Notes: generated from the sequence alone by a model not told the origin. Positions 35,001 to 48,121 are shown, counted from the stretch's first letter. The stretch: DNA of 64,000 nt from Camelus dromedarius (GCF_036321535.1 NC_087437.1:120778001-120842000), one strand, 5' to 3'. Numbers and translations: made by a program.

Positions 35001-38000
35001 CTCCAGCAGCTCCATCCCACGCCCGCTGCCCCAAACCCAAGCTGGTGTTCCCTCTCAGACTGCTCCTCCCTGTGACCCAAACCCTCTCTGTCCAGCTCCT
35101 CTCTGCCTGCCCTTCGTCCCAGCTCCCCATCCCTCATGTCATCTCTCTGGTCCTGACACCACCATCTTCTGTGCGGAGAGCCATGAGCCCTCACTGGCTC
35201 CGTGCATCCCCACTTGCTCCCTTGGTCACTAGCATGGCCTTCAAAAAACAGGAACTGATTACAGTTCACTTTTGCTTAAAGCTTTTCCAGGTGAACAGGC
35301 TCCTCCCTGAGCCTGGGGTTCCCAGGACCCTGCCTGCCTACAGCTCCAGATGCTCCTTGTCATCTGAGTTCCAGCTCAGGTGGCCCCTCCAGGGGTCCTT
35401 CCCTGGCCACCCCTTTGACTACCTTTCCTATCACGCCTATGGAATCGGCTGACTTCGCAGCCCCGCGGTCATTCCTAATCACGAATGACCATGGCCGTGG
35501 CCTGCCTGCCGGACTAGAACATGGGGGTGGGAGACCAGGTGCAGAGTGCTATCCAGCCAGCGCTCAGTGCTGCTGGTGGAATGAATGGTTGACGGACAGG
35601 CTGCCGGCAGGTTACCCTGTTGTGGAAGCCTTGAACCCCTGGTGCGTGTGCAGTGGGGGCTGTTCTGCTGTTTCAGCTTTTCTCTTCCTGCCACGAGGTC
35701 CTGTCCTCCTCTCCACATGGCAGACGCCTCCTGCCTGGAGACTTCCCCGAGCCCACGGTGCCCCTGATCTCCCATGCCACGGTGCCCCTGATCTACCTTG
35801 GTGGGAGCTCGGGGCCCCTGGGGTTTGGGCTCACTCCTTCCTCTCTCTTGCTCAGGACTGGGCCGGACAGGTGCCCAGGAAGTTTCTGGGTGGGAGGACT
35901 GGAGAGACTTCAGGAGTGATCAGGGTGCTCTGCGCCATCTTACCAGGGGCCTCATGCAGCCCTTTCCTAGAGTTGTGTTTTCTTTGTATTAAGACAGCTC
36001 TGTTTTCTTTTCAGTTTTCAAATTTGCTGGGGACAGTCTATCGGTGTGGAAACTTAAATTTTACATGTGATGGGAATTCAGTTATTAGTCCCGTGGGAAA
36101 TAGAGTCACCGTATTTGACCTAAAAAAGTAAGTACATTAGAATGACGTTGATGCTAGGGATCATAGTTTGCAGGTAAAAACGTGGAGTTTTCCTCACCTT
36201 TGTCTTAGCAGCACACTGTTACTCAGGGCCGCCCAAGAGGGGCTGCAGGACTTACGTGGTGTCGAAGGGTCAGTCGTGGGACTGGCTGTAGGAGTCTCAG
36301 TTTCCTCCTTCTAGTCCCTCAGCTAAACCCCATGTATCGAGGTCTTTGACTTTACCTTTAAGGTAGAAAACATGTGTCACTTGGCTGAAATGTCTTGGGA
36401 TGGATGCCTGGGCCGTGGGAGCCGGAAAGTTGGAACATGACGTAATAAGGGACAAAATTAGGGTGGAATCCAGTGGCGGTTTGTCTTTAACATTATTTAC
36501 TTTTCCACTTCTGTGCATTTTTCCATTTTTGCACAAAGTGTGGCCCAGTGTTCTGTCCCTGTGGCTCACTCCCCCATTGGCAGCGGGCTTGTTTCCGGTC
36601 TCCTGACTTCCTATGTTTGCAGCGTCCTCTTGGGATGGGGTCCTTGAAGCAAAATTGATATGCTCAAAGCCCATTTTTAAGGTTTTTAACATGCTTTGCC
36701 AAGTTTTCTGCAGGAGGGGCTGTTGACAGCTCCAGCCCGGGGTTCTGCAGGGGTGGGCAGGCAGGCAGGCAGGAGGCCCAAGGCTGGCCCGACCTCCCCT
36801 CCTGGTGACAGAGACCTGCTGCTTAGCCCTGCTCTCTCTCCCCCAGCAACAAGTCGGACACTCTGCCGCTGGCCACTCGGTACAACGTCAAGTGTGTGGG
36901 GCTGTCCCCAGATGGCCGCCTTGCCATCATCGTCGATGAAGGTAAGCACCTTTGGCCGGGAGCTGGTGGCGTGGGCTGGTGACTGGGGGACAGAGTGGCT
37001 GTGTCAGGCTGACTCCAGTCACGTGGTCCTCTCCCTTGGTTGCTTCTGTGTCTGGGACCCTGGTGGGCTTGGGGACTAGGGCAGGTGTGCGGGGCATGGA
37101 CAAGCCGGGGCAGGCTTTCCTGGGGCCTGCGGCTTGCGCTGCCGGGGTGAAGTGCAGAGCCTGACGCTAACCCTAACCCTTCCCGCAGGGGGCGACGCGC
37201 TGCTGGTCAGCCTGGTCTGCAGATCCGTGCTCCACCACTTCCACTTCAAGGGTGCCGTGCACAGCGTCTCCTTCTCCCCTGATGGCAGGTGAGCGCTTGC
37301 GTGTGCCCGGGGAGCAGGGAGCTGTCAGCTGCAGCCTCTGGCGGAGAGTCTGTGCCAGGGCCTGGTCAGGGCCGGCCACAGGTGCCTGGGCCCAGAGCTC
37401 CCACTGGGTCTGCCCACCCAGAGAAGAGGGGATTCGGGGCCCGTGAGAGGCAGGTCCCCAGGTTTGCCTCGTAAGGAACTGGTCTCAGAGCAGAGAACTG
37501 TCCCCCCAGGGGCTCTGAGCTGGTCTCAGGACCCTCTCTGGTATTGGATGGCGCCGTTTCTGCAGGAAATTCGTGGTCACAAAAGGCAACATTGCGCAGA
37601 TGTACCACGCCCCGGGGAGGAAGCGGGAGTTCAACGCGTTCATCCTGGACAAAACCTACTTTGGGCCCTATGATGAGACCACGTGCATCGACTGGACAGA
37701 CGACTCCCGGTGAGGCCTTGGGGCCCCGGGGCCCTGTAAACAGCGTCTCACTAGGGAGCGTGGTGACTCGTCACGTCCTCGTTTGTTTACAAATGGCCTC
37801 CTGAACCTCCTGTGGGGCTGAACGCAGGCTGGGCTCCCGAGTCTGAGTCAGGCGTGCCCCGTGTTTGTCACCGGGAACCAGAAGGCAGACTTGGGACCTT
37901 GACCAGGACCCTGTTTCCTCAGCCGTCCTGCATTCTGTGCAGGGGGAGGGGAGGCTGGTGGTGGCTGCCACTTTGTATGTCAGGCTAGCGGTCCTCCCGT

Positions 38001-41000
38001 GCTCTGGGCCACAGTGTGGTGGCCACAGCCCCCAAGCCATGTGAAGTGTGTTCCTGGGAGACACTGGTGTGCCCCTGGAGGTTGGGTCTGCAGGTAGGAG
38101 GCCGGCGCCCTGCAGCCCAGCCTTCCTGCCTCTTTTGCGGCGGTGCCTGGTCACACATCTGGCTCTCTTTATGCCGTGAGTCAAGGGACGCTGCTTGGGA
38201 CCAAGGGCACGCCAGGGAGGCGAGAGGGGCAGAGCCCCCGATAGGCTTGGTGCTTGGTTCTCGGGCTGCCCCGGGCTGCCCCTCCATCAGGGACTGCTTT
38301 ACGAGGAGGGGCAGTGTCCGCTGAGGCTCCTGGTCGTGGGAGAAGCACTTATGGGTGTGGCCAGCTGCCGGGGGAGATGCAAGCGGGGCAGGCGCAGACC
38401 CGACCAGTCCCTGCCTGTCACCCTGGCATCTCCCTTAAGTCCAGGGACCACACAGGGAGGTTGACAGCTGCACTCGGCTGCAGCTCCAAGGATGAGCTGT
38501 GTTTCCTCCATCCAGGTGCTTTGCAGTCGGGAGCAAAGACATGTCCACATGGGTGTTTGGGGCCGAGCGCTGGGACAACCTCATCTACTATGCTCTGGGG
38601 GGACATAAGGATGCCATCGTGGCCTGCTTCTTCGAATCCAGCAGCCTGGACGTATGTCCCTGGTCACAGCCCTGAGTCGGGGTGCTGGGCACTCCCTTGA
38701 GGCCCCTGCCAGTCGCTCCCAGGTTCCCTGGGGTGGTTTGGGAGCCAGCAGTAGCGGGGCAGTCTTTGGTGGCACGGGTGGAGCTTCCTTGTCACTCCAG
38801 CCCATGGCTGGCAGGGGCTGAGGGTCAGAGTGGGCCACACCCACACATTTCCCTTTGCAGCTGTACACGCTCAGCCAGGACGGAGCCCTGTGCGTGTGGC
38901 AGTGTGACACGCCCCCTGAGGGCCTGAGGCTCAAAGCCCCCACTGGCTGGAAGGCGGACCTGCTGCAGCGGGAGGAGGAGGACGCAGAGGGGGAGGAGGA
39001 GACCACCATCCGCGGGAAGGCCGCACCGGCGCCTGAGGAGCAGCGGGGCAAAGTGAAGTACTCTCGGCTGGCCAAGTAGGTCTCCGCCTCCAGAGGCCGA
39101 GCTGTGACTCCTGCCTTAGAGGCCCTGGGCGGGCCAGTGTGGGGAGCCCCCCAAGGCACCTGAGCTGCTGAGCGAGCATGGGGGCTGGAGGCTGGGAGCG
39201 CAGAACTGCAGGTGCGAGGAGGTAGGGGGCCGCCCAAGGGACAAGGGGCAGTGCAGGCAGGCTGCCCGCGTGCAGTGAGGTCCTCCACCCCGGGGTCCAG
39301 GGCAGAGCCGCGGAGGGGTGTAAGACCAGCCTGGCCTCTGGTCCTCTTCCCTCAGTCCTCGTGTCCCGTCTGTTTAGGTACTTTTTTAATAAAGAGGGAG
39401 ACTTTAACCACCTAACGGCGGCAGCATATCATAAGAAAGTCCACCTCTTGGTCACTGGTTTTGCTTCCGGAATCTTCCACCTGCATGAACTCCCAGAGTT
39501 CAGCCTCATCCACTCCCTGAGGTCAGCACCTGCTCCGTGTGGTTGTGTGTGTGCTCTCCAGTCTGCAGGAGGGTGGACAGAAGCCGTGCCGTGCCTGCCC
39601 GGACCGAGGGGCCAGGAGGAGGGCCAGCAGGCTTCCCAGGACACCTGCTGTCGCCTCTGTCCCGGGTTGAGCGCATATGAGCGCTGCTGCCCTGCCCCCA
39701 TCTCTGAAACGCAGCTCCCCCCACCTCATCCCCAGTCATGGGGAGCTTTGGTCCCACCTGTACATCACGACATTTTTATTTTCTGTCTTCATTGTTCTCT
39801 CGTGTCCCTTTGGAACATGGAAAAAACTAAAACACTGGTTTCCCAAAATCCCATGGCTTGGAGGTTTTGAACGCGAGCACAGCTCTGCATCTGCTGATGC
39901 TCTGAATGAAGTGAACTATTTAGTGCAGTAACCGCACGGCGGGGGGAGTGGTGCAGACATGGGGAGACCAGCCCTGTCTGCACCTCCGGCCACCCCAGGT
40001 GGGGACGGGAGGCCCTGTGTGCTGACCGGGCCTGCATCTCCCCAGCGTCTCAGATCAGAGGGTCGCATCCATCGCCATCAATAGCTCCGGGGACTGGATC
40101 GCCTTTGGATGCTCAGGTTAGTCTTCGTGCCCAGGTCTGTGAGGACAGGAGCAGACCTCTTCCTCCAGGAAGTCAGCCTGCTGCACCCCCACCCCTGAGG
40201 CACTGGGGCCAGGCTGGCAGCTGGGTGGCTCACATTCGAAGGAGCAGTCGGTGAGACTTTCAGAACAGACGCTCATCTGAGTCACGAGTCCCAGTGTCCG
40301 TCAGCAGCGCTGCCTTGGCCTTGGCCCTCGGCCCTCTGCTGGGGCATCGGGAGGTTGGCATCTCCTTGCTGAGTTCCCTCGTTCAGGTGTCTGGTGAGGG
40401 CACCTGCCTCAGGGTGAAACTGGCCATCAGAATGCCAGTGTGAGTCCCACAGGCAGTTAGCCCCGCCATGTGCCCGCAGGCCTGGGCCAGCTGCTGGTGT
40501 GGGAGTGGCAGAGCGAGTCCTACGTGCTCAAGCAGCAGGGCCACTTCAACAGCATGGTGTCCCTGGCCTACTCCCCTGATGGGCAGCGCATCGCGACCGG
40601 CGGGGACGACGGCAAGGTGGGCTTGTGTCGGGGGTGGGGGGCCTGTCCCTGTCCTGCCAGCCTTGGCACTTGCGGCCAGGCCCCAACAGCGGGGTTCAGC
40701 CTGGGGCTCTGGGGCTCACCCCGCCTCGTCTGGGCTCAGGAGGAGGTGTTTGCAGGTCTGCCCAGATCTGGGTGGAGGGGCTGTGGGGGTCTCTTCTGGG
40801 CTGGGCTCCCATGCGCGGCTCAGAGCTCTGTGGTCCCAGCAGCTGCGATCTGACCCGGGAGGGCGCTTGTGCCTCTGGGGAGACCTGGGCCCCCGTGGCC
40901 CACCTGAGCTGTGGCCCTCCCGCCCCTGCCCTCCCCGCCACAGGTCAAGGTATGGAACACCCTCAGTGGCTTCTGCTTCATCACATTCACGGAGCACTCG

Positions 41001-44000
41001 AGTGGGGTCACCGGCGTGACCTTCACCTCCACCGGCTACGTCATCGTGACCTCTTCCATGGATGGGACCGTGCGTGCCTTTGACCTTCACAGGTGACCTT
41101 TCTGCTGGCTCAGGATGCTGGCTCCGCAACTTCCTCGTCCCCTCTGGGCTGAGAGTGAGGCTGGGGGCTCTGGGTGTATCGGGAAGGGAACGAAGTGGAG
41201 CCCAGCGTCAGACCCCAGACGCGCACAAGGGTGAGCGGGCCCTCCATGAGCCGTGCCCCCCGGGATGCACTCTTCCTGCAGGTACCGGAACTTCCGCACC
41301 TTCACGTCTCCGCGCCCCACCCAGTTCTCCTGTGTGGCAGTGGACTCGAGCGGGGAGATCGTCTCTGCTGGGGCCCAGGACTCCTTCGAGATCTTTATCT
41401 GGTCCATGCAGACAGGCAGGCTCCTGGACGTAAGGGCCGCGAGTCCCAGGAGCTGCTCTCTCGAGGGACTGGGGTGCAGGGAGGGGGCCTCACTGACCCC
41501 AGAGGAGCGGGTGGGGCAGAGGTCGCATCTCAGGAGCGGGCCGCACCATGTACGTGCATATTCTGGGGGCGCCTCGCTTGCCTGCACCAAGACAGAGCTG
41601 TGTCCCCCTCATCCTGCAGCACGGCCTCAGAGGGGCTGTGTTTCAGCTGTGGCCTCTGAAAGCCAGCATCTGGCAGGCACGTCGGGCTGGGACGGCCGCG
41701 GAGGGTCTCATGTTCTCAGAGCTCTTCTCCGAACCGCTGTAGGTTTTGTCTGGCCATGAAGGGCCCATCAGTGGTCTGTGTTTTAACCCGATGAAGTCGA
41801 TCCTGGCCAGCGCCTCCTGGGACAAGACGGTGCGGCTGTGGGACATGGTAGACAGCTGGAGGACCACAGAGACACTGGCCCTGACCTCTGATGGTACGCA
41901 GCGCCCAGGGGGAGGCCCAGGCTCTGTGCTGTCAGCCACCTGTCTGGGGCACCGGTTTGGATAAACCCAGGACCCCAAGCGCTGAGGGGCTGGCTATGTC
42001 ACTTGGCGCCGGGCCCCCCGGGGAAGCGAGGTGGGCCCTATTGCAGCAGACTTGCTGGCACTGTCTGAGCTTGCCTGTGGGTTAACAGTGACACTTCTGC
42101 GAGAAGTGGTCAAGGCTCTGCCCATGCTGACCACGGGGAAGCATGAGGTGGCTGGAACGAAGTGTCCTTGTGCACAGTGGGCCGCGGGTGGACGTCTCGG
42201 CTGTGGCTGCAGTGCCCGTGGGTCCCAGCAGAGGTCCTTGCAGAAGACAGCCGTTGGCCCCAGGGGCTTGTGGCCTCTGCCGTGTCCAGTGCTTCTGGCC
42301 GCCCCACCTGGCTCTGGTTCAGGCTGTTAGTGGCCGGCCCCTTGCGTCTTTGTGGGGCTAACTTACTGACCTCTTGCCCACAGCTAGTCTGTTTCTAGTC
42401 TACCCATGATCTCAGTGTGATCCTCCTGCCCAGAGCCCTCCACCCAGCTGGCCCCTCTCAGTTGTGCCCCCTGCCTGCCCCGTGGCCCCCAGACCCCCCT
42501 GGTGCCATTGTGCAGCCTGGGTTGGAGCAGGATGAGGGCAGTGTGGCCTGCCGGCTGGAGCCCAGGGTCTTCCTTGCCTCAGACCTGCGTTTCTCTGCAG
42601 CTCTGGCTGTGACCTTCCGCCCTGACGGAGCAGAGCTGGCTGTGGCCACGCTAAACTCACAGATAACCTTCTGGGACCCAGAGAACGCGGTGCAGACGGG
42701 CTCCATTGAGGGCAGGCATGATCTCAAGACGGGCAGGAAGGAGCTGGACAAAATCACCGCCAAGCACTCAGCCAAGGGGAAGTGAGTGCCGAGAGCCACC
42801 CCAGCAGGGCTCCTCCTGCCTGTGGGGCCGTGGGGCGTGGGTGGGGCCTGTGGGTTAACAGGCTCCCGCGTCCTCACCCTGAGGATGGGTGTTGGCCCCC
42901 GTTTTCAGTTCTCCCGGGCGTATCCCCAGCAGTGGCATTGGCTGGGTCACATGGTGGCTCTGCTTAACCTTTTGAGGACCCACCAGACTGCTGTGCAGAG
43001 AGCCTGCACTGTTCAGTTACCACCACTAGCGCAGGGGTTTCCAGTTTCCCACGTCAATCACTGGCGCTCTTTCGTGTGTATTTTTTAACCCCAGCTGTTG
43101 GTGCTTCGTGGTTTTGGGCATCTTTTCACGGACAGATAGGCTACTCGTGTGCGGGCTTTGGAGAAATGTCTGTGCGGAGCACCTGTCTGCTTTAACAGGC
43201 TGTGTGTCTGTATTGTTGACTCGGGGGAGTTCTCCATGTACTCGGGACCTGAGACCCTCCTCAGACACATCCTCCCCCGCTTCTGCAGCTCGTCTCCAGG
43301 TTCTAGAAGGTGCTCTTTGGAGCACAGGTGTTTAAATTTTCACGAAGCCTCGTTTGTGTTTTTTCTTTCGCTGCTTGTGCTCTTGGTGTCACATCCAAGA
43401 ATCCTCTGCCAAATCCAGGGTCACTGTATTGAGTCCCTGAGCTGACACGGCAGTGAGTGCCTGGGTTCTGGTCATGCGGGACTGAGTAGAAACCCCTGCC
43501 AGCGGCCGCTGTGAGGGTGGCGGGCAGATGGGTCCCCCTTCGTCCTGACTTCAGCAGGGAGCTGCCCAGATGGGGCCACATGGTCCTGTGAGAAGGCCTC
43601 TTGGAGGTCACTGTGCTGTCCCTCCTCTGGGGCAATGATGCCTCGGCAGGAACTGGGAGGCTGGGCTGCCGGTTCTCATCCTGCAGCATTTTGGCCAGGG
43701 CCGTGTTGGGGAGGGTGCCATCTGCCTTCTGGGTGGCGATTGAGTCCGCGTCCCCTCCGTCCAGGGCCTTCACCACTCTCTGCTATTCCGCGGACGGCCA
43801 GAGCATCCTGGCGGGAGGGATGTCCAAGTTCGTGTGCATTTATCATGTCAAGGAGCAGATTCTCAGGAAGAAGTTTGAGATCTCTTGCAACCTCTCTCTG
43901 GACGCCATGGAGGTGAGTGTGCTGCGGGGTTCCAGAGCCAGGCTGCAGACTGCATGGGCCCCCACATGGGTCTCAGCCGGCTGTGAGCCCCGAGTCTCCT

Positions 44001-47000
44001 CAGCCCACCCTCGGCCCTCCTCACACCCCCTCCGACGGGAATCCAACCACCGCAGGGCAAGCAGCAGGCACTGAGGGGAGGCCTGGCCGTCCCGTCTCAG
44101 GCCCTGTGTGTGCCGTGTGCTTTCCAGGCGGGGCTGGCCTCCCACCGTCGGTGGCACAGGAGGGATGCGGGGCAGACCTACCTGCACCTCTGATGGTAAG
44201 ATGTCCTGGATTTTGCTTTTAGGAATTTTTGAACCGAAGGAAAATGACAGAGTTTGGCAACCTGGCGCTGATTGATCAAGACGCCGCAGAGGAGGGTGGA
44301 GTCGCGATACCACTTCCGGGTGTAAAGAAAGGTGAGCAGTAGGTCTCTGGTCCTGGTGGCCAGGCCACAGCAGGCCGCCCTGCTCACCACCTGCTTTTCC
44401 TGGTGTTGACGCTGTCTCCTCTGGTGGGGCTGCTGTGGCTGATGTCCCCAAGTCCTTGCTGCACAGGTGTGGCGTCTTGCTGGAGGCCGGGCCGGAGCTC
44501 AGCCCTGTGCCCTGCACTTGCCCCGACCTGGGCCACAAGGAAGACTCGGTTTTTTGGGGGGGCTGGCCGCCTCCCAGGCCTGAACCGGGAACCACCCTGC
44601 CTCACAGCCCTGGGCTGGGCAGGGACTTTTCTCCCGAACAGACGAGCCCATCTCCCACCAGGCTGGAGCTCACGAGAGTGTCTGCTCCAAGGGCTGATCT
44701 GTGGAGGCGGTCCTGGCACAGGGCTCACCTGCTGTGTCTGTGGGAGGGTGGGGGGCAGGGCTGCCACTCCTGCTGGGTCCACAGGGTGGCCCTCTCTCTG
44801 TGGGCCGAGTGGGGGAGTGTGCATGCTGTGACCGGCTGTCCTTTGCCCCTAGGGGACATGAGCTCTCGGCACTTCAAACCTGAGATCAGGGTGACTTCGC
44901 TCCGCTTTTCTCCCACCGGTGAGCCCTGGGGGTCAGGTGGTTGGCGTGGGAGGGGTGGGCCTGGTCCCATGGGCCTCTGGGCCTGTGGTGTGCACAGTGG
45001 GCCTGTCACCCTGCTCCCGGGGGCAGGATCAGCATGGAGCTTCTGGCCAGCTCTGTGCACCGCTGTCCCCCTTGGGTAAGATGTGGTCGTCCTCGTCCTC
45101 CCTGAGGATGGCTGTGACCTTAGACCTGCGAGGCCCAAAGTCAGGAGGTGGGCACCTGCCCTGAGCACCCTGCCCATGTGCCATTTGGGGCCATCAGGCA
45201 CCTTGCTCCCTCGCCTCATCCCCACCACTGAGAGTGTCCAGTGGGGGAGGGTCTGTCCCCCAGAGCCTGGGGACGGAGTGGGACAGGGTTGCAGCAGGCT
45301 CATCTCTACGGGGTGGTGGCCGTGCCTTCAGCCCTGGTTGAGAGACAGGCAGCTGGTGCAGACAGCACGTGTCATTGCACCACCGTGGGAGCCAGGGCTG
45401 CAGACCGGGGCCCGAGGGACGAGTCCGGGGGCCCCTGCTCTGGTGTCTGGGCAGTTTCGTCCTCGCACCATCATGGAGTAGAGAAGCTGCAGGAGAGGCC
45501 TGCAGAGCTGGAGAGTGTGCCCTTCACAGGGAAGCTCGCCCACCCAGCGGGGATGAGGGTAGGGTGTGAACTCGGGCAGGTGGCCCTGGGGACCTGCAGC
45601 GGTGAGGGGCTGGTGGCCAAGGTAGGAGTGGGGCAGGCGCCCCTGCTCCCTTCATGCTGGTGTGTTGGGGACTCCAGGAACGTCTTCAGCACCTGTTCTT
45701 CAAAACATGGGAAACATGGAAATCAGTGTTCTGGGAGCCTTAATCAGGCTTTGTCTCCCAGGACGCTGCTGGGCAGCCACCACGACTGAGGGACTCCTTA
45801 TCTACTCCCTGGACGCGCGCATGCTCTTTGACCCTTTCGAGCTGGACACCAGCGTCACCCCCGGGCGGATCCGGGCTGCGCTGCGCCAGCGGGACTTCAC
45901 CAGGGCCATCCTCATGGCCTTCAGGCTCAACGAGAGGAAGCTGCTGCAGGAGGCCCTGGAGTCAGTGCCCTGGGATGAGAGTGAGTGGGGCGGGGCGGGG
46001 CGTGGGCCGGCGGAGGGGCTGGGATGGGGCGAGGGCAGGCATGGGTCTGGGGGAGGCGCCCGGTGGGGCCTAGGCGGAGCGTGGACCGGGTGGTGGGGGG
46101 GTGGACTGAGTGCAGGGCGGAGGCCGCCGTGTGGGGGCCGGCTCTTCTGAAGGCTTCTTAGGCTGAGCATGGTGTCCACACTTCCCTCACAGTTGAAGTC
46201 GTCAGCTCCTCGCTTCCTGACTTGTATGTGGAGAAGGTGCTGGAATTTTTAGCTTCGTCCTTTGAGGTGTCCCGCCACCTGGAGTTCTATCTCCTATGGA
46301 CTCAGAAGCTGCTTGTGGCGCACGGACAGAAGCTGAAGTCCAGGTAGACGGGTGCCCCTGCCCTCCGCCTGCGGTTCGGTCACTCCTTCTGCGGGGTCTG
46401 CAGCTGCGCGGCCCCGGCGGAGGCTTCTGCGCACAAGCACCGGGTGCTCTGGCGTCCGGTACCGCACTGAGGGAAGTCTCCTTTCCAGGGCGGGGAAGCT
46501 GTTGCCGGCCGTTCAGTTCCTTCAGAAGAGCATCCAGCGCCACTGGGAGGACATCTCCAAACTGTACGTGTTGCCGGAGTGGTTGGTGGGCCGGGCAGGG
46601 CTTGGACTGTCGCCAGCTGGTTCCAGCTGGTTCCACGCTGGGGCTGCTCCCTGCGTTGTCTGATTTGGGGACAGAAAGTCCTGGTGGTGGATGTGCTTGT
46701 TCCCATGCCGCTGGCAAACTAAACACGCTGGGCTGTCCCACGGTAGATTCCGGGAGAGCACTCCCAGGGAGGCAGAGCGTCCCTGCCGCTTGGATGAGCA
46801 GGGAGGGTCCGAAGCCTCCCTCCTCCTGTTCAGGTGGTGTCGCCCTGGCCCTCGCACTTCCTGCCCCCTCCCCCGGGCCCGGAGGATCTGCGCTCGGCCT
46901 CTCCTGGGGGTCTCCCCTCCAGCTGGGGTCAGGTGTGCGGGGGGGGGGGGCTCCGACGTGCTGTTTCCAGGCTTGGTGCTCAGGTGTCCCTACTCTGCCC

Positions 47001-47855
47001 CGAAGGTCTGCTTTGTGCCTTCCCGTGTGGCTCAGGTCCCCCGGTCCTCCCGTCTGTCCTGAGCGCTTTCTTGGTCTTCACGTGTCTCCAACAAACCACT
47101 GTTCTTGGAGGCTCTTTCCGAGCTCCAGGCTGCCCGCAGGGTGGCTGGTGGCTCCTCTGGGGGGCGGTCTTCCCCGTGTTGCGGTTCCATCGGGCTCCCA
47201 CAAGAAGCAGTGTTAGATCTGTTCCACGTCACTGGGTGTCGACGTGGACGCAACATGCTTGGACGCAGAGTCGGCCCAGCCGGCTTCCGTGCTGCCTGCA
47301 CTACAGAACCTGGTGCTGTTTCCCATCTCTGCGGCCCACACGGGCTGGCGGGGTGCCGTCTGCTCTGCTCTGTGCTGACGGACCCTCGTACTGTCAGGCC
47401 ATCCCCCAAGAGCTTCTACATGAGATGCAGGAGGGGTTTTTCTCTGTTGGTGTGTGGGGCTCATGTGTTAAACGTGCCCGCATTCCTCGAGACAGCCCTG
47501 GAGGGCCGAGGGGTGTCCAGAGGAGGCGGCGTTGGGGGCTGTCCGGGTGGGGGCCCGTGGCGGGTGTTTCTGGGCTCTGGAGCAGGTGGTCGAGTGCTGC
47601 GTGAGCGGGGCTCTCGACGGGGTGGGAGACGCTCGCCGGCCTTGCTGACGGCCGCCTGCGTGCCTTCGCAGCTGTGACTGGAACCGCTACAACGTCCAGT
47701 ACGCCCTGGCAGTTTCCAAGCAGCGGGGTGTGAAGCGCCCCTCGGACCCGCCGGGAAGTGAGGATGAAGCAGGTCCGCCCGACGACGACGAGGACGGTCT
47801 GCACCTCCTCCGGGGGCGCCCCGGGGAGGTGGGCGCAGGTGGGCCGCTGCCCTAG
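34396..47855 (+). CDS. PWP2: PWP2, periodic tryptophan protein 2 (WD40, UTP-B/SSU processome); complete, 21 coding exons, 917 aa
   Basis: Exons 34396-34413, 36015-36127, 36847-36941, 37189-37288, 37566-37709, 38516-38651, 38861-39075, 39378-39521, 40046-40116, 40480-40616, 40944-41092, 41282-41429, 41743-41893, 42601-42781, 43765-43912, 44223-44331, 44853-44918, 45762-45980, 46193-46343, 46489-46563, 47672-47855 total 2754 nt in frame. Starts [22 protein letters not shown] repeats such as [31 protein letters not shown]. Confidence 0.97.
35753..35794. repeat. Short tandem duplication (CCACGGTGCCCCTGATCT x2, 24-bp period)
   Basis: Exact 18-mers at 35753 and 35777. Confidence 0.85.
36015..36127 (+). 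CDS. PWP2: PWP2 exon 2
   Basis: [41 protein letters not shown] bounded. Confidence 0.95.
36847..36941 (+). CDS. PWP2: PWP2 exon 3
   Basis: [35 protein letters not shown] bounded. Confidence 0.95.
37189..37288 (+). CDS. PWP2: PWP2 exon 4
   Basis: [36 protein letters not shown] bounded. Confidence 0.95.
37566..37709 (+). CDS. PWP2: PWP2 exon 5
   Basis: [47 protein letters not shown]. Confidence 0.95.
38516..38651 (+). CDS. PWP2: PWP2 exon 6
   Basis: [45 protein letters not shown]. Confidence 0.95.
38861..39075 (+). CDS. PWP2: PWP2 exon 7
   Basis: [16 protein letters not shown]...KVKYSRLA. Confidence 0.95.
39378..39521 (+). CDS. PWP2: PWP2 exon 8
   Basis: [47 protein letters not shown]. 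Confidence 0.95.
40046..40116 (+). CDS. PWP2: PWP2 exon 9
   Basis: [23 protein letters not shown]. Confidence 0.93.
40480..40616 (+). CDS. PWP2: PWP2 exon 10
   Basis: [45 protein letters not shown]. Confidence 0.95.
40944..41092 (+). CDS. PWP2: PWP2 exon 11
   Basis: [27 protein letters not shown]...[10 protein letters not shown]. Confidence 0.95.
41282..41429 (+). CDS. PWP2: PWP2 exon 12
   Basis: [49 protein letters not shown]. Confidence 0.95.
41743..41893 (+). CDS. PWP2: PWP2 exon 13
   Basis: [50 protein letters not shown]. Confidence 0.95.
42601..42781 (+). CDS. PWP2: PWP2 exon 14
   Basis: [25 protein letters not shown]...[10 protein letters not shown]. Confidence 0.95.
42890..43430 (-). 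mobile_element. Old L1 fragment in PWP2 intron 14
   Basis: attggctgggtcacatggtggctctgcttaaccttttgaggacccaccagactg...gctttggagaaatgtctgt...ttggtgtcacatccaagaatcctctgccaaatcca. Confidence 0.7.
43765..43912 (+). CDS. PWP2: PWP2 exon 15
   Basis: [49 protein letters not shown]. Confidence 0.95.
44223..44331 (+). CDS. PWP2: PWP2 exon 16
   Basis: [36 protein letters not shown]. Confidence 0.95.
44853..44918 (+). CDS. PWP2: PWP2 exon 17
   Basis: [21 protein letters not shown]. Confidence 0.95.
45762..45980 (+). CDS. PWP2: PWP2 exon 18
   Basis: [17 protein letters not shown]...[12 protein letters not shown]. Confidence 0.95.
46193..46343 (+). CDS. PWP2: PWP2 exon 19
   Basis: [49 protein letters not shown]. 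Confidence 0.95.
46489..46563 (+). CDS. PWP2: PWP2 exon 20
   Basis: [24 protein letters not shown]. Confidence 0.94.
47672..47855 (+). CDS. PWP2: PWP2 exon 21 (last, stop TAG 47853-47855)
   Basis: [22 protein letters not shown]...GPLP*. Confidence 0.93.
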
Positions 47856-48121
47856 AGCCACCCTGCTGCAGGCCCGCTGGCCGTGCTTGAGACCCCAGGG
47901 GAGGTGGGCGCCGCTGGAGGGTGGGGCTCTGTCCCCGAGGCTGGCGCTTCTGTGAGAAGCTGTCGCGGCCGCGGGGTCAGTGAGCTCACAGCCTGGAGCT
48001 GGCACGTGAGCGAAAGTGGACGTGGAGCCTCTGCTGCTGAAAACTGAGAGGCGAGTGGGATCATGTGTGTGGACTCAGACTTTGTATGAGAAATTTTACG
48101 TGTTTGATACAAAGTTTTGAC

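Noticed and set aside
34098..35452. Several overlapping 180-311 aa ORFs on both strands
   Set aside because: They lie in the PWP2 CpG island and intron 1, where stop codons are scarce; low-complexity Gly/Pro/Arg translations; only MKFAYR is real coding sequence
37167..37180. CTAACCCTAACCCT telomere-like doublet
   Set aside because: Only two units, positioned as the CTAAC branch point of PWP2 intron 3; not an interstitial telomere
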